Part shown: positions 20,921-49,000 of the stretch, piece after piece
Numbering within the stretch: the first letter of the stretch is position 1
Layout: the number at the start of each line of letters is the position of its first letter
Assembly: GCA_964106915.2 (NCBI GenBank)
Contig: OZ066917.1
Reading direction: 5' to 3' (one strand)
Length of the DNA stretch: 64,000 bases
From: Podarcis gaigeae
Lineage: Eukaryota
Translations under genes and position numbers: made by a program
The notes under the pieces: generated by a model
Told to the model about the DNA's origin: nothing
Databases searched by the model: none
The model's input: only the letters and a program-made list of their open reading frames with translations

Positions 20921-23234
20921 TTAAATTACATGTACCAGACTGCTGCTTCCTGTAATTCAGAAGCGCTGTTAAAATTGAATTTTATTTTAATCGGATTATA
21001 TTTGCCCAGAATTGGGCTAGAGGAGCCAGGTACAAAAGGAGAGCAATTCGTTATTCCTAGAATCACACTGTAGAGTTGGAAGACAAATTGGAGTGGGTCT
21101 GGAGCAGATTTTTGAGGCTGCACAGAGAGCTTGCAAGGGTGGGGAAAGTTCCATTGTCTTAGCATCTGTCTCTTGCATTAGTGGAACAGCAGCTTGGAGA
21201 CAACCTTTATTCGTTTTAGAGCAGTGTTCGACCACGTGCTCTCAAGATTGCAGGCTTGTATCCAATGTTGTACTGTACAAGCAGAGTTCCATAGCATGGC
21301 TTCAACCTTCCTCTCCTCGCTTGCCCCCAATATCTCCAAAGGGTCCGCCAACACAATGGAATAGATTTTGGAGGATGTCTGTTGTACAAGTGGAACAGCA
21401 GAGGTGGATATAACCTACTTTGTTTATAACTACTGACTGACCTATGATTACCAATAGGCCATATTCTCAGATTCTCTCCTTCACCAGTTGTACTACTAGC
21501 TTCCTTTCTGCTGCTGTGCATCACAATTCCCTTTTCCTCCTTTACAATTATGGTAATTCACAAGAAAGCAGAGCAGCTGCAGAACTAGAAAAAAGTTGCT
21601 CTTCCTGTTTCATCTCCCAGTTCTCAGTCTGACATCCTGCAACAAACACCACACTGACATAACCAGCCTCACAATTAAGTGAACCAGCTAATGCAAAGAT
21701 GGCATTTGACTTTATTAAAGTTTAACTCAGACTTTTACATATTTGACAGCTGATCATATAAATGTAACACACCTTTTAAGGATGCAGTGATAGAAAAGGA
21801 ACCAGATTGTTATGTAAATTTGAGTACTTTTAACACTTACTCTTCCTTCCCCATGAGAAAACAAGAATTTTTGTGATCCTGTTTAATCTACATAATGCCA
21901 CAATTTTTCTGCATATATATATATATTCCAAATGACACATAACCCTGCAGACTAGTCTCCCTGCCCCAAATGCTCATAATTAGCTTTTATGCTCTATGTA
22001 AGCAAAACATACTGGTATTGTTCAGTATGACAAAGCTCAGAAAGTTTACACACTGGTATATACTGTGAATGTCTTAACATGCTAAAAGCCTTTTCATTGT
22101 TACATGTCGACATCAACATACAAGCAAAATTAAATCTAAATGTATTTAATACAGTTAACTGAAAAGTGTTTGTGCATATGATTTTCAAGCTCCACTGTCA
22201 TAGATAAACTATCAAAATTCTGAGGATTCTCTGAAAATATGATTTTCTGTGGCATCAGCTCTCTTACAAAATGTACCTTACATTTTGCACCTACAAAATG
22301 TATTATCTTCCTCAGGATGCTTTTGAACAGCCTATTGCAACCAAGTCTGGTCAGGCATTTCACCAGATTACAAGCAGAGAAAGAGTTCTCATGTTTCAAG
22401 CTGGACACGGCCAACCCATTTCACTGTCAATGAGACCGTTAGATTGCATCCAGACAATATTCCATTGTAGCATGAAAGCACTCCAGTGTAACTATTGGGC
22501 AGCCAGTGAGGCACTTGTCAAAATGTCATGACACAGGCCAGACTTTAGTAAGTGATCAAAATAGCTTTGGGCAGCAACCAGTGCTGTCCATGTGCAAGCA
22601 GAACGGACTTCAACCCATTATGAGGTGGGGCTTACTTTTTTCTTTCTTCCCCCCTGCAGTCCCCCCCCCAAATGCCCCCCAACCTGCTCCAGAGGTTTGG
22701 AGGTCCTCTGGGGCAGATCAGGTGGCGTGGCCATAGGAGAAGAGAAAGCTGTATTTTACAGGCGAAGTCTGCTCAAGTGGCATTTGATTTCACCTTTGCT
22801 TTTCAGATACATGCTTTGTGAATTTAACATTCTCTTTTGATGGGGGTCATTCCAGCACATCTCATGGAATTTTTTTGGACATAGCAGGAAATAGTTTAAA
22901 AATTCTAGGTATACTGCAATATTCTGTGAGAATTTTTACTTAACTGGGCCAAGGTTGTAACACTGCAAGCTTCTAAAGTGTTGAGTCATTCAACACTTGC
23001 AGCTTTCTAATGGAAGACAGATTTCATTAACCCAGCTGGAAGGCAGATGTGCTTTGTTCCTTTATTCATTATAATATGCAGATATTATAATTCACAACGA
23101 TAGTTAAAAAATGTTCAAAATTAAGCTAACTGATTTAAAAGGGCGAAGTTCAAGTGCGTGCTTAAAATTCTCCCATTAAAACTAATGGGACCTAAAATAC
23201 ATAACTATTTGAATTGTGCCTAGTGTTTTTAGAC

Positions 23235-23261
23235 CTCTCTCTCTCTCTCTCTCTCTCTCTC
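23235..23261 (+). repeat. (CT)n microsatellite
   Basis: about 13 CT units. Confidence 0.9.
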
Positions 23262-25287
23262 TTGCACAAAACAGGCATTTAGCCAATTAACTACATGCCT
23301 GCAGCCCTTCTTGATGCATTGGTCCTGTGCCTACAGGAATTAATTTAATCTAATGACCTATAATCAAAACAGACAATATAAATTCCTATGGGGGGAGTTA
23401 TAAAATGAAAAGCAGTTATGTGGCTGTGATGTCAGTTCAAGACCCCTTAAACAAATGCTCAAATGAAATCTATTAGATCTTACATTGCGTATCACTCCAT
23501 TCTTGCATTCTAAAATACATGATGGTACACCTTGAAGCGATAGGCATTTACTTTTATAAAATGTCTATCCATATGTACGTGGCAAAATAATTCCTCCATT
23601 TTTGAAGTTGACACATCATTTTTCAGACAGCCTATAACAGGAGTGGCATACTGAATCCTCACCTCACCCATGGGCCACTCTGACAGGTCAGCACAGCTGT
23701 GCACCAGTCAGTCACCAGTCATCATGATGACATCAGGTGACAACATCAAAGTTATCGATTTGAATCCAAACCGTGCCTACAAACAGACGAAGTGGAACTG
23801 TCTGTTGGCACCCATCACCTGATTAGGACTGTCCATTTACCAAGGAACAATTGGGAATGTTCTCAAGCATTCCTACCATCAGATGTGGATTAGGTAGGTG
23901 TGGTTTTGTGGGAGGGAACAACCTCATAGGCCAAATTAGAGGGCCATACCAGGCCTCCTTAGGCTCACAGACCAGAGGTTCCCCACCACTATGCACAATC
24001 TTTGTTCAGGAATTAAACAATATTGCTTGGGTAGTGGTGGTACAAATCACTATCTCATCTGAATTCTTCCAAGTCTTATGAATAAAAGTGCCTATTTACC
24101 ACTTCTGGCAGTAACTATTCATAATAATTTTGAAAACCTGTCAAGGAGTTTACACCTGTAGAAACCAGTAGGATTTGTGTGTCAATCTCGACAGTTGCAA
24201 CCGGAAAAGGGAGAGCTTCCAAGTCTCCATTAATGCAGGAAACCCCTAGATCCTGACACTGTCTAGATCTATCAATGTCTTAGGTCCCAGCTAGGGTGCA
24301 GAAAATGATTTGAACCAAGACATCTCCTAAGATAAAGTGGCAAACTACACCCTAAACTTCAGATGCTGCAGCACCAAGACATGCTTGTGCTAAAATAGCT
24401 GAAGTAGTATCCTATAAACAGTTAATAACCATGGTCATATTACCTTCACATGTAAAAAAAGAATGTCTCAGCCACCTTTATTAAAAAAATTCCCCAGAAT
24501 GTGCACTGGTGAAAGAGGAACAATTCTGTTATTTTGACCTTCGGAATGCAGTGCTAGCACTGCAACTTTCTTTCCAAGAATACTGCAGCCCTTGAAAGCT
24601 CCTAGCAAGCTCTGTGGTGTCATACAGAAACTCCCCATCATGGCAAATCCTCTTAGATAAAAGACCCCTATGATAGGACTCTGTGATAAATGGACCTCAA
24701 GCAACCATGTTTCTAAACTATTTCATCTTTCTTTTCTTTTTTTAAAAAAGATGACTTATAAATGAAAAAAGGCTGGCGAATAAAATATCCAAGCTATGGC
24801 TTAGTACCTGAGTTTAAGTATACATTTTCAAACTGTTGGTCAAAATACTTAAAAATTATTGACTGTGAATGTCTTAACCTTGTATAGCCATCAAATTATA
24901 AGTACTCAATGTAACTATTTCAATTACTCCCATTGGTTTATTAAAATGAAGATAATAACACACATGTATGCTTAGTATTTTGGGAAAAGAGAACTGCTTA
25001 GTTCACGTAGTAAGGTAATAAGAAAAGTAGTTAGAGTCTTCAAAATTATATTTCATAAAAACCTGTTCAGATCACATAAAAAGTTAAGTGCATCATGTCC
25101 ACTGTAGTGAAACAAACTTGTTACAGATTAACACAGTGTCAGTCAGAGGTTAGATTATTAGCAAAACTATTCACAACCTAAGATGCTTTAACAGCACAGG
25201 AGCACAAGTCTCCAAAAATGTATAAAAATCTCATACAAACAACAATAACAAAAACATATTAATGTGGCTTTTCTAACGGAATACCTG

Positions 25288-38255
<12,968 letters not shown>

Positions 38256-38518
38256 ACTTCCCGCTTGCTCGCAACGCTAGGCAACCGGGCAGGCTCTGGA
38301 CGCTGATTGGACGGTGAAAACCACTGAGGGAAAAAACAATTTTCAGAAATAGCAGGTGGCAATAGAAGGCTCTGAAGAGGCCGCAGCGTCGCAAAGAGTG
38401 ATTTTTTCGAGCATTTTAGGAAATAGACGAGCCTTCGGAGAAAGCGCAGCGCTTCCCATCATGCACCGGCACAACTCCCAGGGTGCCCCGCGCGAGTATA
38501 GAATCCGGTTTCCCATGA

Positions 38519-38534
38519 TCCTCTCTTTCTTTTC
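38519..38534 (+). promoter_or_regulatory. TCT core promoter / 5'TOP tract of RPL24
   Basis: tcctctctttcttttc pyrimidine run about 25 bp after the TATA-like element and about 50 bp before the ATG; hallmark of ribosomal protein mRNAs. Confidence 0.8.
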
Positions 38535-38576
38535 GCCGCTGGAGTTGCCTGTGAGGGAGCTCCCGCAGCCGCCATT

Positions 38577-43129
<4,553 letters not shown>

Positions 43130-43155
43130 CTTTTTTGACTGCTTTGGTTACATGA

Positions 43156-43161
43156 AATAAA
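43156..43161 (+). terminator. RPL24 polyadenylation signal
   Basis: AATAAA 27 nt after the stop, followed by GT-rich ctgtctgtttcttgg. Confidence 0.85.
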
Positions 43162-43944
43162 CATTTAACATGTAAACTGTCTGTTTCTTGGTCACTTCTG
43201 GGGATTTTGTGTAATTTTCTTACCTTAAATATTAAAAGTAATTTATACTTTGACTAGAAAGGTGGGAATAATGGCTAGAATGATAGGGAAGGATTTTTGT
43301 GGGGAAAAAACTAAAAATGCCTTTTGTAAGTTAAGAAATGCTAGTGTTTATTTTGTTACGATGCAAAAAGATGTCAGGGAACATTTAAGAAAAATTTCTA
43401 TACCGCTTGATTGTAATGATAGTATAAGCAGTTTACGAAGACATAAAATAAAACATTTAAATTATCAATTTAATAACTAGTATTTAAAAAACATTCAAAA
43501 GATGAGTAAAATCCAATGGTAGCTAAAAAAGAAACTAGCTTGTATTCAAACACACCCTGATTGATTCACCTTAAATTCTACTCCACTTTACATTCTCCCT
43601 GTTATCTCTGCCTTCCTTCAATGTTTCATGTGAATCTAAAATCCACTGCAGGATGGATTAATTTAACTCCAATTTGCTGTCCATACTGCTTCATATTTTT
43701 TCTAAACAATGGTGCAAATCTTACCACAAAACCAAGTATTCTAAAAACAGAACCTCTCAAGTGGTGGGAGTACTGGTAGAGGATCCCTTTGAGCCTGGAG
43801 CGCATGGCGGAGCTGACAGGCAGCCTGGACTGGAAACAGCAGGAGAGCAGGCTCCCCTGGAGAAACCCAATCTCAGCTCCCTGGCGCCTTGAAGACTGGG
43901 TGTGCAAGGTTCACTTCTTGCACTGAGGGAACCGCCAGGTGCTG

Positions 43945-44075
43945 AATGATGGGTTGGAGATGCTCCTTTACGTATACAGGTCCGAGGCCGTTTAGGGCTT
44001 TCAAGGTCAACACCAACACTTAATTGTGCTCGAAAACATACCGGGAACCAAAGTAGGTCTTTCAGGGCCGGTGTT
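43945..44075 (-). mobile_element. L2 fragment
   Basis: Shares gtatacaggtccgaggccgtttagggcttt..ggtc.acaccaacactt with 41980-42030. Confidence 0.7.
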
Positions 44076-44839
44076 AGATTCCCATATATGTTTTTTCTCA
44101 ACTATTCAGAAATCAGACTCATTGAGTTGAAAGGGACTTATCCCCTGGCAAGTGTGTTTAGGATTCCATTACTGCAAGCCTATATTCCAGACACACTGCA
44201 CCCTACCTTGACTGATTCCATTAGGTGATCCTTCCTGATGCTATGTTGAAATAGATGGGTTTATAAGAGACAATTCTATGCATACACAGGGAAGTTCCAT
44301 CAAGATTTGAGAGCTGAATAAAAAATGTATAGGATTTTGCTGTTCTGCTTAGCTGCATATGAGCAGAACCTCAATAGTACTCCTCAGATTCCACAGAAAT
44401 CCGTGATGGGCACTTGTGTGGCATGTTACTAGATCTTATACTGTGTATCAATTATATACAGTACAGAAAGGTAATTTCATTTTCCATATTCTCCATTGTT
44501 TGGCTTTATTTTAAGGAGTGGAGAGAAAGTTCAGAAGAGCAGCCCTAAAGCACATGCCTTGCATTCAAATTTTTTAACATAGGACTGGAGTCGTTTGTAA
44601 GTAGATGAAACTGAGGTAGACGCTCCAAAGTTGTCCCTATGTAATGACTTCAGAGTTGTATCATCCAATAGAACAAGAAATATAAAACCAAAGCTTCAGC
44701 AATCTTCAAACGAGGCAATACAATAAATTAGCTATTGACCTTTCAATAAATTACATTGAGTTCACAATGTAATGCAGCCATACGAGTACTTTAGATAAAA
44801 GAACAAACACGGTTAAGTACACTGGAACACTTCGATGGG

Positions 44840-46090
44840 ATATTTTGCCTGCTTTAAAAATGGCGGCGGCAGCCGAAACACCGGCCCTAGTATCGCCTCC
44901 GCTTAAGCAGCTACTAAGCAGGCATCACTTGCCCGCTCCAAACATGGCGGCATTTTCCCCGCCCCCAAACCCCTTCCCTCATCTCCGTTGAGGGCTAGGC
45001 GACAGCTATCCCTGACCTCACTTCCGCTTGTGCAGCAGCCATTTTGTCTTTCCGTTGATCCTGCTGCCCGAGCTTCTTCCTCCCACCCGTCGCCGCGGAC
45101 CGCGAAACTCCAGTTCCACCCCCTGGGGCCTGACTCTTAGTCTAGACCCGACGGCTTGCTTTTTACCCCGCCAGGCAACTTGCTTTGCCCCCCATCACTC
45201 TCGCCCTCCCCCCTGCTCCCCGTTCTCGCTTTTGCCACCCACCCCGGTCCCGTCTCCTTCGTGGCAACCTGTGACAGGAGACGCTTCCCCCACCCAGCCT
45301 CCCCGTCCCCCTTCGCCTCCCAGGGACCCCAAGTGCGCACCCCACTTCCCTCAGAAGACTCGGCTGTCCCGATCCCACCTCCCTCCGCCGCCGCCGTGGG
45401 GGCTAGAGAAAGAAGCGAGCCTAGGGAAAGCGAGTGAGGAGGAAGAGGGCAAGGTCCCGCGGGCGGGCGTCCCTCCCTCGCACGCCCGGCCATGTCGAGC
45501 GAGGAGAGCTACCTGGCCATCCTGCGCTACCTGACCAACGAGCGCGAGCCTTACGCGCCGGGCACCGAGGGCAACGCCAAGCGCAAGATCCGCAAGGCGG
45601 CCGCCTGCTACGTGGTGCGCGGCGGGACCCTCTACTACCAGCGCCGGCAGCGGGACCAGCAGCGCTTCGCCGAGCTCGAGGTGGTGCTGCAGGCCGAGCG
45701 ACGCGCCCGGCTCATCCGGGCGGCGCATCTGGAGCCCGACGGCGCCCACCGGACGCGCCTGCAGACCTGGCAGCGCCTCTCCAAGCGCTACTGGTGGCGA
45801 GGTGAGAGGGGGGAAAGAGGGAGGGGAAGCGACGGGTCTGCGGGCCCGAGCCAGCCAAGCGACACGCGCGCCACTCGCCCGCCACACCTCCTGCTCCGGG
45901 CTTGGAGCGAGGAGCGCCGCCCCTGGTCTAGGCGGACGGAGCTCTCCTCCTCCTCCTCGGAGCTGCTGCAAGACGGGTCGGAGGGGAGCGAGGGGTTGGC
46001 TGTGTCCTAGGACGAACTCGGAGGAGGAGGGGTTCCGCTTAAAAACACACACACAAAAATAATCCCCCACCGAATGCACCCGAGTCTCGT
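44840..46090 (+). promoter_or_regulatory. CpG island / ZBTB11 promoter and exon 1
   Basis: GC/CpG-rich; YY1-like motifs at 44857, 44939 and 45036 (reverse); ETS cacttccg at 45019. Confidence 0.8.
45492..45801 (+). CDS. ZBTB11: ZBTB11 exon 1
   Basis: 310 bp, ends YWWRG|GTGAGA. Confidence 0.95.
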
Positions 46091-49000
46091 TCCTTAGTGA
46101 GCATGTGCTCGCCTATGGTTAAGGTAGCCTGTCCGGCCCCAGTGCAGCATCCCTTGCAGTCAGTGGACTTAGTCAAAGAGTGCGATGTTGACAAGAAGGG
46201 TGGTGGTCTGCTTTGTGGATTTTGGCTGTGGCACCGAATCTTAAAGTGAAAAAGGTGAATCAGTCGCTAACCCGATTTTCAGGTGTCTTCAGCTCAGTGT
46301 GTACCCCCCCCCATACATTTTGAAACTTAGGTAGATGCCTCCTTTTTGTTTTAACGTTTATCATTTTACATAGACCACTTGTGTTCAGAGGGCTTTACCC
46401 TGATCTGGTTTTCACAAGGAGACTCCCAACTAAGACACCCCAGCCACTTCTCCCTGTTTGTTTTCCTATTTGTCATGTTGAAGTAAGCCATAGTTTGGCT
46501 TAGCATGTTGGCCAAACCCAAGGCTCATGGTTTGGCTCTGTCCAAAGTTTATCCTGTAACCAAGCAATATCATGATTTGACTGGGAGACCTAAACCATGA
46601 TTTAGGAGCAGGACGGTGGCTGGGGTCTCCTCTCCAAGAGCCTTCACGTTCGTTGTAAGCCATGATTTGGCTTGGTGTGGCAAGCACTATCTTATTAAGT
46701 ATTATAATAGTCAAGTGGTCAGTAGTATGCCTAGATGGGAAGTCTAGTTTCAACTGTGCTCATTGGGAAACGAATTCTGCTGATTTCAGCAGATCTTCAA
46801 GTAAGTTCCTATTTCCAGATGAAAAAAATCTATTCCAACTAACTGGATTAATTTTTGAGTAAACGAGTTGACTGCAAGTTGTTTTTTTAAATCTTGGAAG
46901 CGCACTTTGTTTTTGCAAGGTTTTTTCTTTCTTTTTTTGCCTAACTATAAAGAGCAAAAATAAGAGCAGACATTAACATGGTTAGGTGGATAGTTCAGCT
47001 GTATAGAATGTGCTAATGTGTTCATTAGATAATATAACTGTTTCAGAGAAGATCTAATACAGTGGACCTGCAGAGACATTAATGGTTTTAAAACAATTAT
47101 TAAGAATATTTTAATTCAAAATATGAGGTTTTCCTGTATATCTAGCACAGTATCTTATTTGGGGTTTGTTTTTAAAAGCCTGTAATGGGAGGACCACACA
47201 GAAAGAAGACTAGCAACTTCAAGCATATAAATATAGCAACTCGCTGCTGTGTAAGCAAAGGACCAACTTGGTAGGGATTGTAGACTCTAAACATTGTCTA
47301 CAAAGGACAAAAAAAAAACCCTTTAGTAGCATTATGCACAGGCTTGCTTGTGAACCAGGAGCATTTCTCAGAGGGTCAAAGAATGTGACATGGCAATCGG
47401 TCTAACAAAGACATATCTGTGCTGTTGGTTCCAAAGTGTGGGGACTGCAAAAGAAAAAAGTGGTGGGCAGGCCCATCTTGCATGGAAATGTGTGCAGCTT
47501 TCAGCAAGTGCATCATTACCATGATTTGGCACATGGATCAGGAGGCAGGGTCAAGTAAGCAACATTGAGATGCAGCTTGAAGGAGTGGATGTCTTGAATT
47601 AATGCATGCAACTCTGATTTGCACTAAGTCACACAAGGAGGTCTGGTAGAAGGTGGAATTGTTGATTCTTGATTATTCTGTTTCCATACAGTCTGAGTGG
47701 AATTATTATCAAAATGAAAGACAAGTGTTGTTATTTTCTAGAATTACTTGCTGAATATTACCTGAAAGGACAAAGGTGAATACATCTTTTTTTGCATCAA
47801 TGAAGCAATATTTACAATGATTTTTTTTTTGGCATGCTTTTCTTTAGGTATTCTGAAGCAAGTTAAAGATTATATTAAGGAATGTAGCAAATGCCAGGAA
47901 AAATTGGATCGTTCCAGATCTTTGTCTGATCCTTCTGAAATGCTGGAAGAACTAGGTTTAGACACAATATCTCACGAAGATAGTAATGAAACAGATGATG
48001 AATTAAGTAACTCAGCATCGCTTCCAGCAGCTTTGCCAAAACCTGTGAAAAAGAAGCCAATAGCCAAACATGAGCTTGTTTTTGTAAGTAACTTTTTATA
48101 CAATCTGGTACCAAGGTTTATTTTATATTTGTATTACTTAATGATGTAAATAAAAGATTTAAGCTAGGATTTACAAGTAAACAAAGTTTAAACACACTGC
48201 TTGTTACTTTTTCTTTTTTTAAAAAAATCCCAGGTTGATAGTAAAGGTCTTGTGAAACAAACTTCTCCAAAGCATTCTCTGTCAGTCTTAAACCAACTGA
48301 ATCAGCAGCGGCTTTCCAGTCAGTTTTGTGATGTTACTTTGCTTATTGAAGGTGAAGTGCACAAAGCACACAAATCTATATTGGCAGCCAACAGTGAGTA
48401 CTTCAGAGAACTTTTCATCGAAAAAGGAGCTATTTCCAGTCATGAAGCTGTGGTGGATCTTTCAGGTAAACCGATCTAAGCAAAAACAACAACCCATAAA
48501 TAATGGGGGGGTTGGGGGTACTATTCAGAATTTGTTTGGTCAAATAGAAAAGATGTTGAAAACCTGTAGGGTGTCTTGTCCCGTCCCCCCCATCCCCAAC
48601 ACCATCAAAGAGGACTGAATGATTTCATTTTGTCTGTTTGCATACTCTGCTTAGATTGATAGGTAGTTGATTTAGTCAGACAAATTTCCCCAGCTGGTTT
48701 ACCGTATTTTTCGCCCCATAGGACGCACTTTTCCCCCTCCAAAAATGAAGGGGAAATGTGTGTGCGTCCTATGGGGCGAATGCAGGCTTTCGCTGAAGCC
48801 TGGAGAGCAAGAGGCATCGGTGCGCACCTACCCCTCTCGCTCTCCAGGCTTCAGGAAGCTGTCCGCAAGCCTTGCGCGCCGGCAGGAGCTCCCGTCGGGC
48901 GCGCGAGGCTTGGGGCGGCAGCCTGTTGCCCGAAGCACAGGGAGCCCTCCGGAGGGCTCCCCGTGCTTCGGGGAGTGTCTGCAAGCCTTGCGCACCCAGC

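Noticed and set aside
45028-46079. Several long ORFs including the 242-aa minus-strand ORF
   Set aside because: Shadow ORFs of GC-rich ZBTB11 exon 1 and its CpG island
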